Assembly: GCA_051362555.1 (NCBI GenBank)
Contig: CM120641.1
Location: 46,506,401-46,570,400, forward strand
DNA: 64,000 nt
Source of the DNA: Lingula anatina
Taxonomy: Eukaryota; Animalia; Brachiopoda
Direction of reading: 5' to 3'
The notes below the pieces were generated by a model. The model ran no database searches, was not told where the DNA came from, and worked only from the letters and a program-made list of their open reading frames with translations. Below, piece by piece: positions 13,104-27,111 of this stretch. The first letter of the stretch is position 1, and the number at the start of each line of letters is the position of its first letter. The position numbers were made by a program, and so were the translations under genes.

Positions 13104-15477
13104 TTTTCAATGTGATATTTCCAACTAACTGTCACAAAATCGAGATGCCGTTCTTAAATATGACCTGCCATCGTTGGTGACGTCGAACTGTTGGCAATTA
13201 GAGACTGAAGATCATCAATAATTCTAAATGGACTTGGTGATCGCATATGGCACAAATGGTCTGTCACTAATGAAAAGTTGAGCAAATTATCGACATCACT
13301 CATACTGTTTAGCAACAACTTTGGCAGATTACACGACGTGCATAGACTGACAACCAGTCTAACCGTCCTCGTAATTTTGCCAAAAAGTCAAATATTCTCA
13401 ATTCTGGAAAAGTATTATAAGTGCAAAACGTGGGGACAGTCGTGTTTTATCCCTACTGTAACATGGCGTAACTACTGAAATGCCACACTTCAACAGACAG
13501 AAGCATGAAACTCCTGATTTTAAATAGGTGTCATTTAAAGAGAACGAATTTGATTTAAATATTAATGAAACGCCGAGCAAATCGGCATTAAATATCTTAC
13601 ATTCTCCAAACAGCTTCGAAATAAATCGATCCCAATCTTAATTAGACGAACTCAAATTGACCAATATTATTAATATTTATCAGTTTTTATGACGCAACTT
13701 CTGTCCCAGAAGTTATTTAGTAATGTGTTTCGCAATTAACGTGATTAATTTGAAGAGGATGCTCTTTGGCCTTCACAGTTTTATTTGATTGGTTAATTTG
13801 TCAGAATCAAATTGTAAGTTTCTGCCACGTGCATAACACATGCAACCTGAGTTTTCGGTACGATCCAAATACTATGTAATGCAAATAATATTTTAGATCT
13901 TTAATTTAAAACAAGGCTCTTAGTGGTTGCCTAAGAAAGAAATATTGAATGTTGGGATGACAAATCAAAATGGAAATTCTGGCAAAAGACAATGTTCAGA
14001 AAACAAGTAAATGCGTGATCGCTACGGAGAAATGGGGTATAAATACTCTCGAATTTGTATGAAAAATTGGTCGGCGAATAAACTTTTGAAAACTCTAACT
14101 TGTCGTAGTCACTATAAAATTATTTTCACTTTAATTGTTTTTAAACAATTTTCAAAATATACTTATTTGGTACATCTGGTAGCATGTAGAAGATGATTTC
14201 AATGAAATGACTATACTGTACTGTCAAGGGGCGCTCCAATCCCTAGTGCAATTCATGCTCTGGGGATTATTCAAACGCCATTAAGTGAGATTTTGTGATG
14301 TTATGTTTGAAGCTTTTGCAGGAGTATCAGAGGAATAATTAAATTAATTGGTGTTGCTATCACTTCAACTAACCTCAATGCACTTACTGATCTGGGATAG
14401 TCCTACCATGTGGGCTCGAAACTGCGACAAGACACCAGCTAGTACACTCCTGCCTTAGGGGCCTACACTATATATATTATTAAAAATAATAAATTATATT
14501 TTAGAGAACATCTTTACCATTTGCAATATTCATTATGTACAAGTGTACATAAATATTTCGTAAAAAAAAATAATTGAAAGAATCTGCACACGGGTCTGAC
14601 AATATGGTAAAAGTGCACAAGTGGCAGTTAAATTCTTCTTGTGACCAAGGACTTCACTGTGTGACTGTGTAACGGACGATTTTGACATGTGCTCTACATA
14701 ACGAAACGTGTAATTTAAACGTAACAATATTAGTTTTTATGACGTCGATAAATTTGTGATTGATTCAACGACGTTGTTGGCGTTGACTACAGTTTCTAAT
14801 AGCAATAAGCAGCAATGGGACTTGCTAGAAATGGTAGGTTCATGTCTATTTTTTCGGCGTTAAAGCAACAGATCAGAATGTTTATGAAGCTTTAAATGTA
14901 TGGGAATCACAGATGTATAAATAGCATATTACTTAAATTAAAAAAGAAATGCAGTGCAATTGATCACTTTTCATTAGCAAAGCTGTCTTGAAAAACAAAT
15001 AGAATTTATATGTTCTTTAACAGCATTTCTAAGAGATGTTTTTTTGAACACGTTTATTAGTTTATGAGAATCATAAATATTGTACATATGTGGAGATGGC
15101 AAATCGCTATGTATTATGAGATATCTTCGAGATAAAACAATGTGAAGATACAGAAATGTAATTAAATGCGGTGGTAGTCTCGTTATTTGAGGCAGAATTC
15201 ACGTTAGTGCCGAAACCCCTTTGGTAACCATCTATGGAAAGTTGAGCCACGCCAGATAAAGGAATATTCTGGAAACCTCCTGACTCTCATTTGCTCCAGG
15301 GCACTTCAGAAATAATTTATTTTGCAAGATGAAAATACTCTTTTTATCTCCTTATGCGTTGGATCAAAAGGGCCTATTGGTTGCTCTTTTAAAGGGAAAA
15401 ATCATTCTTTCGATGAGAACAGTATTAAGTATTCATTTATAATATAATTAAACAAAAGCTATCTTTTGTGATTGTCG

Positions 15478-17115
15478 TTAGCAGAGTTTCTTTCCTTTGC
15501 CTTTCAGAATCATGAGAATAATAAAATCACCCACTTCAAATAACGTGAGAACGCTGGCTCCAAGGATGAGTCCCAACGCCCCTCCAATGTCACACCCGAG
15601 TGTGAACGCATTGTATGCTTGGTACTGCTCTCTTCTCTCGTATGAAATTTCCATGAAAAATATATCGAGCCGAGCAGTGTTTTTCTTGAAATCAATAACA
15701 TCTCTATAACCGGAGTCATTAATCATCTCTTCAGCATAATAATCTGCGAATGGTACTTGAGACAGACTCACTTCATACTTGATAGATTCACACGCCACAG
15801 GGCAGACATGTTTGCACTGCCCCTTTTTCTGGATGAACACGTCATAATTCGGCCCGTAGCAGTAGAACAACTCTTTAGGGTTACAGAAACGGCCCGTAGA
15901 TTGTCTTATTTTTCCAAACTTCAGGAACTTGACACACTGGCACTTTTCTATCATGAAGTCGTAGAGGCATTCGCGTCGGCATGCGGACTGAGAGTACTCC
16001 GGGTGGAACTTCAGTGTTATGTCCTTGCGACAGCTGCCCCACTGCGTTACGTCAAGGTTACTGACCTGAGATATGAAAAGACAAGGACTGTTTTAAGTGA
16101 TAAACGTTTTTTAATTAGGGAAATAACAGATCTACGTTTTCTGAGCTGGAGACATATAACGTGTTTGTTTGAACATGCGCCAGTTTCTTAGGGTTAAATC
16201 AAAAAGAGAAAAATGATTGAATGTAACTGTAAAATCTAGCATCTTTGCACAAGAAAAAGTATTTGATTAGGTTATTTTAAATATAAAGATGCTATATACA
16301 ATTATTCTGAAAGCACTTTAATAGAATGAAATTTTGGATATCGTCAATATGATTCAAAATGATTCTCAGAACTCTGCCTGAGAAATATGCCGTGTTATAC
16401 TCGCCACACGTCCTTACATTGATCATCTTAAGTCCAACTAAAGTATGCATTCCGGCGCCCACTGAGAACCCCATATTGCTCATCATCGGTGGATCTCGGG
16501 CGTGGATCCTCACCTGTAAGGTTCACGAAATTAACTGTCTTTATTACATCCCTGACCAGTCTATGTTCGTTTGTGATGAGATATTACCAAGAATTAAAGT
16601 CTTAGCAAATTATCAATATTATAAAAATCTATATAACGTAACCATCAAACACATCTATTTGTAAGCTGTTTCACTAATTAGGACCAGTCGTTTTTTAACA
16701 TCTTATAGGAACTATGTAATAGAGAACCTACATTTTCGTTTAAGACAATATATGTGAACGGTGGGCAAACCTCTCGCAAATCATCCAGGTGAATGACCTT
16801 CCGGGTTTCGGTTGACAACTAAATTCTGTAATCATTAAACTAAATACGTTTTCATAGTTGGGATGTTTATGAGGAATCGAATACTATTTACGGGATAGTT
16901 ATCTTTGGAATTCCGAAATCAAGAATGAAATGCTCTTAAACTGTGTTAAAGCACATGGTATTACCTTGAAACCTGCTCCATAGCCAGCAAATCCTCTGAA
17001 ATAGTTTCTCTGATCCACGTCTAACGTCAGCTGGAGGCCAAAGAGTCTTCCACTACTGTCGCTCGTTAACCTATGACCGCTATACCCTGTAATATAACGA
17101 CATATAATGATAAAA

Positions 17116-17146
<31 letters not shown>

Positions 17147-18480
17147 TCAACAACAAAAACAAAATGATGATAAGAATGAGGAAGATTATACAACTCTGTG
17201 TTCATTGAATAAATGTTGCAAAGACAAGATTATACAACTCTGTGTTCATTGAATAAATGTTGCAAAGACATCTCTTTATTAAAAAAGGATGGCAATGCAA
17301 TATCATAATATTATCGAGAAGAAAGAAGGAACAAACCTTACCTGAATTAAAGGTGTAGCAGATCCCCATATCCGTATAAACAGGAGTGAAATTTTTCATG
17401 CTGCAGCTTATCCCTCGAAATGTACACTGTAATATAAATGTATTATATACATTTGGTATTTAATACGGAGTATGTCAGTTTGAAATGTAGGCCTATGTCT
17501 TGGTTAAACACGTACGTGTGTTGTCTTTAAAACTCTATATCGGACAGGAGAATAGAGGAATGTGAAATTTGGCGTGTCAGTAGCGTTTAACTGACTATCT
17601 GGTCTTTGGTAGGCTATTGTTACATTACGTAAAGTGTGGTGAATTCATTGAGCGGTTCTTTTGGGTTCGTCCTAGTGCGACTATGAAAGAGCACGGTTTT
17701 TCCGAAAAAGTCTATAATTTGGGAGACGATTTTGAATTTTTGAATATTAACTTGCTGTTGTATGGTGAGTGTACTGTAATAACAATGACGCGAAACAGAC
17801 AAACATATTATCAATCCTTTTTGAAATGCCTTATTGGTGAAATTCTTTAAAGAATTGATGTCACAATGGCACTGTATACAGTTTATGTGTAATTCAATAA
17901 AACGATGAAATCGCTTGTTTTCATTTTCAACAGTTGGAAAGACAAGAGGAAAGTTATATGAAGACACATTAAGGTAACCATACTATTTAAACATCTAAAG
18001 CTATATATTAAATAAGAAACTTACCTCTTTAACGAATGGTTTCGAGACATTTAGAACAGAGTCCCAGTCGAACCAATCGTCACCTAAACCCGTGAAATTT
18101 TCACTGCCAACTTTAAGAGGAAAATATCTCTCAAACTCTTCCAGGAGATCCAGTTCCCTTGCCCTCATTTTCGAAATGGCATTATAGTTGCATATTGTTA
18201 CCGCCGGGAACATCACGGAAAGCGGAGTCACGGTGTAGGTGTTAAAACGCACCGGATGCCCGGCATAAAACGTAACGCGTTCGTAAACCTGGAACGCCAT
18301 CAATATCAGTCCGCCCAAAAAACACACCAACCATATCAACCTCCTGATATACCCCGATTCTCTGCTCACTATTTCCTGCAAAGCTTGACAGCTGACACGT
18401 TCTGCAAATTTCTCTATCACTGGTGTTTCCTGGTCGGAGCTGCTGTCAGTCTTGCGTGGTAATCGGCTGGGAGAGATCAT
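15478..18480 (-). CDS. ASIC-like DEG/ENaC channel subunit 2 (~448 aa), tandem paralogue. Exons 18480-18025, 17426-17342, 17086-16965, 16513-16418, 16065-15478
   Basis: Same motifs (FPAVTICNYN, YTDMGICYTFNSG, CDIGGALGLILGAS) and identical intron positions and phases as paralogue 1; 456+85+122+96+588=1347 nt. Confidence 0.93.
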
Positions 18481-19362
18481 TTTTCAATGGAATAATGATC
18501 CCAACTCTTAGTAACAAAATCGGTATACCGTTCTTTAATATAACCAGTCTCCAATGATGACGTCGAACTGTTGACATGATTCAGCAATTAAGGATTAAAT
18601 GTCATCAACGATTCCAAATGGATGTAGTTATTGAAAATGACACTAAAACCTGATACTAATGTAAAGTTCAGTAGAGCAAATGGGCGACATCAATCAGACA
18701 AAAACAGCTTTGGCAGATTAAACGACATGCAAGGACAGATAGTCATTAACGGACGGACATCTCATGAGCGGGGTCATCATTCCTTCCTCGCTTAAATTGG
18801 TATTCCTATACCTTTCCCACTTTCTAATCGTGGAATAAGAGGGGGAGGTCCTTGTCTGCGAGGACACTGAGGGGAATGTCAAGAGTTTCGTTTTGGAAAA
18901 ACGATTCTGGAAATAATGGATATCAAATAATTCGTGTTTGTAGTTTGTATCACTAAAAAGATTAATGGCATAATTAAGAGATGCACGGAATGTGTTGGCT
19001 CTGTCCCCGATAATTGAAAAGCCTCCCAGTCATATTGCAAGCGATGCCAGATGTGCTATAGGCTGCGTTCACAACCGTGGACTAGTCAATCCGAGAATAA
19101 AACGTGCCTAGCATTTGGAAATAGATTCTTGCCTCCTACGCGGGCTGTCCCTGCAGAGCAATTAAATCCCGGATTGTTTTCAAGTGGGGTTAGTCTTTTC
19201 TTGACAAGAAACCAGTTAAATCAGAAATAGAGACACAACCAATGGATAGAACTGTTTATGATAAAACGGTATTGTATCAGGTAAACACTGACATTGAAAA
19301 AAAAACGGCCCTCCATTTGTTATTAGCATTGAGGACTAAGGTGAATTATTGTCATAAAGGAA

Positions 19363-19668
19363 TCACTCCCAGGATCGTTGCACGTGCGTAAGTGTCTCGA
19401 TTCCATGGCCCCGCATCTCGAAATAGAATCGGTTATGGAATCGAGACACTAACGCACGTGCGCAACGTAGCGAACCTTTCGAGATACGGAGCCCTGGTGT
19501 TAAAGCAGAAATATAAGTCTGCAGACAACCTTTACAAAATGTATGCCCACAAGGTAGATATGTCGGCTCTTTGTACTCTTCAAGGCATAAAGAGCAGCTG
19601 ATAAAATGTTCAGTTATTTTGGCTCGAAGGCTTTCTTCATCACCTCTGCTTGCACCAGCTGTAGCCAT
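19363..19668 (-). pseudogene. Truncated TRIM-like RING-HC gene fragment
   Basis: MATAG...FISCSLCLEEYKEPTYLPCGHTFCKGCLQTYI is a C3HC4 RING N-terminus; the last CxxC pair is missing, the frame runs into a hairpin and stops; no B-box seen nearby. Confidence 0.7.
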
Positions 19669-21129
19669 CTTGGGTGTTTGGAGTGAACAGTTCTCAGTAG
19701 AGCAGATATACATTTATCTATAAACCAGTTGACTCCCTTTCAGGGCCAGGATGGTTTATTTTTGCATTTAACTGACATATTTTTAACTTAAACATATAGT
19801 TGAGTTTTGTACTAATTTTACATTAAAAAAAAAATATTTTGCTCGCATTTTAATTACTGAGTAGAAATAATTTTTTTCAGAAATTAACATGTCAACAGAA
19901 AATTGCAACCTAAGATATGATGAAAAGTATTTTACACATGTCGAAGCCAAATTGAAATCCAGGCAAATTTAAAATCTGTCAAGGCCAGACTGAAAGGACT
20001 GGTGAACATGTTGTCTGTAGCCTTATGACTCTGGTCTACCTACAAGATGAGCCACTTGTTGTTAACAATAATATTATATGTTTTATAACAGTGCTAAATT
20101 ATCATGACTTGTGTAATATTCCAACGATATCACCTCAGGAAAAAAGAATGAAGAATAAAATAGAAAGAGATGGATCCGTAGAAGAATATAGTCGTTGGCA
20201 TGCACCTATTCGTATTAATTTTATAAATATTTGGATTCAATGTCTGCAGTGTTATTAACTTATTCAACCGTTTAATATACACCCCCAGTCGGATTTGCCC
20301 CATCCCAATCCTTTCTTTTAGCATTGGATGTGACAAAAATACTCATTTTAAGGCAAGTGATATCATGGGCCACTAGTATAAAAATCACTTGTGTACATCA
20401 GGTACAAAGCACTGAGATTTGTACATTTTTGTCAAAAAGTTCAGGCGTACACACACCATGTCTTACAGTGTAATACATGTAGGTAGTAACCAGCGCATCA
20501 TAGCATACATGTATATTATAAGTTTTCAAATAATAATTCAAGAGGTCAGGATTTTTCCTAGTTGTGCAAATTGTTAGTGTATACTACACAAAGCACAACA
20601 TAGCTTGGCCTTTTTTTATTATTAATTAACTTCCGCAGTGTCAAAAGATTCCAGTATATGTACATGTGACTGGCCAACGTGCTGTTTGTCACCATGTGCC
20701 TCAGGTCTCTGTCAACAAGATAAGCTGAACATTTTAGCATGCATTGCACAAGTGTTTTCATGTGCACGAGTTCAACAGCACTGTTGGTGGATTCACAGAA
20801 GGAGAGAAAAATGGAATCACATCTATAAAACATTGGATGTCACTCTTGTGTACCTTATGCCCACCAGTTGAGGAGGGAGGGAGACGGGGGCTGGGCAAAG
20901 TATTGCTGCACCCCATTTTGATTTCCTGTCAAAAATAGTTAATATTTACACATTTATGGCATCTCATGAGAGATAACGAGATATGTGTACACAAAAATGG
21001 AAACACAATTTTTTGAATTGGGGTGACTTTAAATTATTCTTGATTATATTAATTGTTTCCTGATCCTTTTCAGGGTGACAACGCGCAGAGGGATATGCAG
21101 TGGTCGAGAAAGATCCGTATTGGTGTTAG

Positions 21130-21770
21130 CCATGAACGGATGCCGAGACTGACCGATGAAGAATACACAGCAATACAGCTGTTGCTTAACAATAATGTCC
21201 CTGTCCGAAATAGGACTGTCGCACACGCACAGAAAGTTTACCCTCTGCAACTGACAGAACATTCGTATCGTGAACAGACTCTTACGGGTCTTGATAGACG
21301 GCAGGATTTTGCTTCTTCTTTCAGAGATTAATAGTTTTATATGATAAAAGTAAAGGTGGTGGTGCAAAAAATTGCGGTATCGACTGAGATCTACTGGTAT
21401 TTTCTATGGAATCGGCGAGAAAAGAATTAAACATTTTATAAATTCAACAGAGAAGAATGCCTAAATTCCATAATAAACCTGGCCTGAAATCAATAAAGGC
21501 AAACTATTCAATAGAAATAGGCATTACAGACATATCATCTGTGACAGTAAAACATAAGGGTATGAAGTACAAGTACATATTGTCTATTATTGATGTTTTT
21601 AGTCGGTATTTGTGACTGAAGCCCCTTAAGACCAAATTAAAGAAACACAAGAGGTGGCTTCCAGCGTCGAGAACATTCTTCAAGAATGGGGAACACTGAC
21701 CAGAGTGCACACAGATCAGGGAAATGGATTTAAAGGACTTTTCAAAGAATTATCCAACAAATTGAGAATC
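21130..21770 (+). mobile_element. Degenerate rve-type integrase/transposase relic (Ginger- or Polinton-like)
   Basis: YKYILSIIDVFSRYL*LKPLKTK then, after a frameshift, EVASSVENILQEWGTLTRVHTDQGNGFKGLF: the first two catalytic Asp motifs of a DDE integrase, with a stop codon. Confidence 0.75.
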
Positions 21771-22210
21771 ATATCTTAGGTTATCTGAAGTCTGCCTTAT
21801 CTGTAAAGCAGTGACGAATGTTTTATCATCCTCTCAAAATTATTTTAAAGAAACACAACATAAACAGATGTTTGTCCAGTTTGATTGACCGGTCATCGAC
21901 TGACAGATAGAAATTATATATATATATAACACCGGAGACAATCAATCAACAGCAGCAAACACGGGATAGTAATGTGGTGAGTAGTCAGCACAGTACATAC
22001 CTATACCCGCTTTCTAAAAGCAAAGATAACATCACAGATTTCTTAACTTGCACGTTCAGAGAGCTCGGCCAATCATTGCGCAGGCATGAGAAAAGACAAG
22101 GGCTCAGCCAGGGAAGCTATAATCCTGTATTAAAACGTAAATATCCAGGTATACGCATATAACCCGCAGTCTCATTTCACAAGAAGATCACACATCGCGC
22201 GAACGCCATA

Positions 22211-25200
22211 ATGTCTTCCATGGCCTTTCTCTTGATGCTGGCAGTCTACACGGTAACAAACGCAGACGCCGTGCTGGGAAAGTATAGGAATGAAACTGCT
22301 ACGAGGAGGATCCACTTTCCTAAACCAGGCCGCTGTAACGTGGGACTCTTGAGGAACCCTGCTTGGGATAAGGTTGGTACACCTCTTGTGGATTGCAAAG
22401 TCACAAATGAAGAAAACCCTGAACTATAAGCGTGATTGATGCGCGCAAGCTCCTTCATTTTTAACGATCCATATGCGCACGCTTATCCTCTGGCAGTCAG
22501 CGACTAGCGCAAAGTGCAAATGTGCAACTTTCATAGTTCTGTAGAAAGTCTAAAAGGTATACAACATTGGTCAAAAAGGTTGTCCCACCCCCAATTTAAT
22601 GTGCTTTCATTTATAAATGATCACATCACAGGAGTTAATTGCTATGAATAGTGATTTTCATTCCAGATACCATAACTAACATGATTAGTGGTACAGAAAA
22701 CACAAACTAGCGGTTAAGACATCCATATTTAATGCCATTTATTCACATTTATTTCATGTAGGACCTACCCCCCTCCGATGTTTCGAATCCGATGCTCCAC
22801 TGCCATTTCCATGGAGGTAAAGAAATACCCATTAAATCTAAATGACACCACCAAATGTCACCAAATTTACACACAATTAGCATTAGGGTATGCTCGTTAA
22901 AGGTTACGTGTCTATATAGCGTGTGTGGCTATCGCTCACTGTAATTTTCTCCTGTAGACGGCGCCACTGCCTTCAACAAGGGTAACAATTCTGTTTTATG
23001 GGATATTGCCCCATGTTTCCTAAAAAGCTTGGCGGAATTGGTCCAGACTATTTGGGGTTTAGTTCTCCTCTGGATTGCACACTTCAATTCATGCCACGGG
23101 TGCTCAGTAGGTTTATTATTGGGATTCAAAGATGATATCTCCAGCCTCAGAACATTGGTTTTCTGCAACAAATTACTCACAACATAAGAACTGTGTGCAA
23201 GTTTGCTGTCATGATGAAGCCTGGATCACCCCCGAATTCCCCTGTTGCAGATAAAATGAAGTATCAGTTTAAAATGTTAAGTTCAGTGACCCCAGAAATT
23301 CCAGAACTTGGTCAACCATCAATAGGAACAAGTTTGTTTTGCTGAAGAATCGAGGTATTTCTTGGATGCCTTCGATGGTTAAATTAGGGCCCGTAGACAT
23401 GTTGTAGAATGCTTTTTGGAAGGGTTGTGCAGGATAATATCGCCTGAGGTGGCAGGTCAGTCCACGTTTGGAGAGAATTCCAAGCCCATGGTTTAAGTGC
23501 ATTGTTCTTACCTGAAAAGAACGTTATTGGGACAATTCAAAGGAACGTTCTCAACAAATATCTCACTCCATTTGCAAGAGGTGACTTCAGGGATACTGCA
23601 GGCGTCATCGTGCAAATGCACTTGCTCACAACTCTCGTCTGCTGAGTGATTTGTTGCAGAAACTCAATGTTCAGAGGATGGAGCAACCACCTTTGAGCCT
23701 TGTCATTGACCTTACTAAACATCTGTGACATGAATTGAAGTGTGCAATGCAAAGGAGAACCAAACTCCTAATAATCTGGACCAACTCTCCCAAGCTCTTT
23801 AGGAAGAATGGGACAATATTCCATAAAACAGAATTGTTACCCTTGTTGAAGGCAGGCCGCGCCACCTACAGGAGGTAATTACTGTACTCGGTAAACACAA
23901 ACGCTACTAGACAAGTGACCTTTAACGAGCACACCCTAATGCTAAATGTGTGAAAATTTGGTGGCAATTGGTGGTGTCATTTCAATTTAATGGACATTTC
24001 TTTGCCTCTGTGAAAATCACAGTGAAATGCCTGATTTGAGGGGATACGGGTTATAAATGTGAATAAATGGTATTAGATATTGATATTCACCGCTAGTTTG
24101 TATTTTCTATATCACTAATCATGGTAGTTATGGTACATGGAATAAAAATCACTATTTATGACAATCTTCACCTGTGATGTGATCATTTATAAATAAAAGC
24201 ACATGATACTGAAGGTGGGACAACCCTTTTGACCAATGTTGTATATCTGAGAGGATTTCTGGCAAACCGCAGCAGGTTTGCCATTTTTATCCGGCGTTTA
24301 AAGAATTTAAACTACCTCCGAGCGTGTAAATTTAACCATCCGTTAAGAAGATTTACAATTGGTTAGTGCTAAACAACGTTTATGAAACCCGGTTAAACGT
24401 CGTTTAAGTTAAACGCTGGATTTAACCGGTGGTTAGTGCAAAACGCCCTTTATAATACTGGTCCCTGGATGTTATTAAAAATAACATTTAAAATTTCGTA
24501 GACTCTTTGATTTGAAAGCGTAGGCTGTAATTGATGGAAAATAGTATGTTTTAACTTTACAGTCAAGATTGAATTAATTCAGATTTGATGAGGCAGATTC
24601 AAGTATGGAAGTTAATTTAAAATGAAAATTAAGGAATGAAAGAATGAATTGAGAGATACAAGGCCAAGGAGAGAATACAGAGAGGCATATCGACAGACAC
24701 CACAGGTAGAACTAGAACCATACATTGTATATGAGTACCACTATTCCTGTGTTCCTTTCAGAATGCTGGTAAATTCACATGGTACATAGGGGTTTTGTTG
24801 TCTTTTGATTAATTGCTTACGCTATTTGCTGTTATACTGTGACTTTGTGTTTTCCAGGAAAATTGATTTCATAGAAACATACATATGCTGGTAGCTAAAT
24901 GCTTAAATCTTTTTCTTTTTTGTTTTATTGAAATTATCCTCACCCGAGAATAAAAATTAAAATTTGTTTTGATCCAAAAAGGAACAAACGTTACTGTGTC
25001 AAATGGAAAACTTTCAGCTGCGAAAGTGTTTTGCTCACTTTTAAGATTTGATCAGCACTGGTTTTGTTCTTTAATTTTTTCCTACAAGTATAACGTTGTA
25101 AAAAACATGGCAAACTTCTGTATAGAAAAAAATTGCGCGATTCTAGTTTGTTTTTCACTGAATATAACACAAAGATAAAATGCAACATGCAAATATATTA

Positions 25201-27077
25201 AATGAACAATTTTTTTATTCGTGGCGCAAAAATCGTGTCTGAAATATCAAACTATACACATGAAAACACTGTATATGTTGCAGTCGACAACAGAAAAAAA
25301 CCTATTACCTATTGCACAAAGTGCTTAAACAATAGTGATCTTTTTCTGGCATTTTTCCGGGGAACATGTGTTACGGACGTTTTAGCCATGACTCAACGCC
25401 CCATAGACTACATTTTTTAAAAATACATGTATATAGACTTCCTTACTCAGTTATCATTTACCATAACTGAATCAATACAATATTTATTGCAACACGATAC
25501 AAAATATGAAAATTCCCAAAAATCTCCCGAAAAATACGTGACCGTTTGGCTCTTTATATAATGATATAGACCATGCCGAAACTAACCTGTAGATGTAAAA
25601 AAATATAGACAACCGTGGTTTTTTGTTCTATAGACTTATATTTTTTAAAAAATTGAACATAACATCAACTTCATTCAATTTTATTTTTATAATTGCATTT
25701 ATATTGTAAATTTTCATCTTCCATGTAAACATACACGACAGCATGAGTAAAGCATTATAAGGCATTAATGTAATTTATAGCTGCAAGGAGAATGGTTGGA
25801 AATGGCCATCACCAGACTTTCTACACACGACGAAGAAAGGTACTTGCAGAACTACCATCAACGTTTGACCTATGTCGGTGAGGAAGGCACTGTGTATGTC
25901 GCTAATGAGACAGGAATGTAAGTGTGTTTAGAATTGCGACAGGTGTATCGTGGCTATTTCTGAAGTATTTTGATGTGAGATAACAGGCCCGTAGCCAGGG
26001 GGGTTCGGGGGGGGGGGTCGAAAGAACCCCCCTTTTTGCAGGTAAAAGGTCCCCTCTGGGTGAAATTTAATTAAGATACATGAAAGTTTCATTGTAAAAG
26101 GTCCACTTTTTCAGAAAAAGAACCCCCCCTTTTGAAATTTCTGGCTACGGGCCTGGATAATATTGAAATATATTGATGGGTGGGATTTGCTGGTTCCAAA
26201 GAATTTCTTAAAGCGTCCTTCTGTCAGTGTCAAAGAACAACTAGAGGTTCTGCTTAGAAGGTTGAGTTTGTCAGATGCGTTGAGACGTAATTGTTAACTG
26301 TGATAGATAGAGTTTGTTTGATAGAAAATGTGCGTTTCTTATTGTACTTCAGTTGGTCCAACGAATCAGGATGTCTGAAATGGGATTATACCTATAAAAC
26401 GACAAAACAACCGGGTGTACTGGCAGCCGTAAATGAGGGTGAGAAAAATTAAAAACAAACTAATGGATAAGGGATATTATTATCATTTTTGTTTCTTTCT
26501 TGGTCGTTTTTTAAGGCAAAGATTACATTGGCACAATTTAAAAATAATCTAGGGTTTTCATTTTTTGTTTCTTTTTGTCTTGACCAACTATCTAGCTAAA
26601 ATATTTTTCATGAATTCACATTATAGTTTTTGTATGCAATAACGATATATTTAACTATTTTTAAAACACTTTAAAACACTCTGTGCCTAGTTTCTTTGAC
26701 TAATACTCTGTATTACGTTTAGTACTTTCTCCTTTTTTCTCTTTTTAACTGTTTTTATTTTTATTTAAAAAAAAATATTATTATTATTTTTGCTGTCCTG
26801 TTCTTCATTTGACTGTCCTATCTGTTTGCAGACGGCAAAATCCTATTTGAAGGCTTTGTCGTTGACATTGCCTACGACTACTATATGTGCGCCAAGTACT
26901 TTGCCGACTTAGATGAGTACCAGTTTACTCTTTGGAGCAAAAAAATGTTCTTCAGCGCTTCTGAGGTGGTTAACATAGTTAACCGTATCTCATCGGATCC
27001 TTGTCTTAGAGAAAAAAGGTTTTATCCAGTTGTGCAAGACGGACGTAAGTAGATGAACAAATGGCGGGTAATTCTGT

Positions 27078-27111
<34 letters not shown>

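Noticed and set aside
17182-17270. 44-bp tandem duplication in a channel 2 intron; similar 39-bp duplication at ~59330-59413
   Set aside because: Ordinary local slippage with no functional cue.
22211-22429. 72-aa and 66-aa single-exon secreted peptides (also 34605-34805)
   Set aside because: Read-through of the AAG|GTTGGT donor; four downstream exons complete a lipocalin in frame in both copies.
24762-24768. Apparent 7-nt microexon (ttcag|aatgctg|gt) conserved in both lipocalin first introns (also 39257-39263)
   Set aside because: It would break the frame between exon 1 and the GxW exon; the conservation is explained by the recent duplication of the whole intron.
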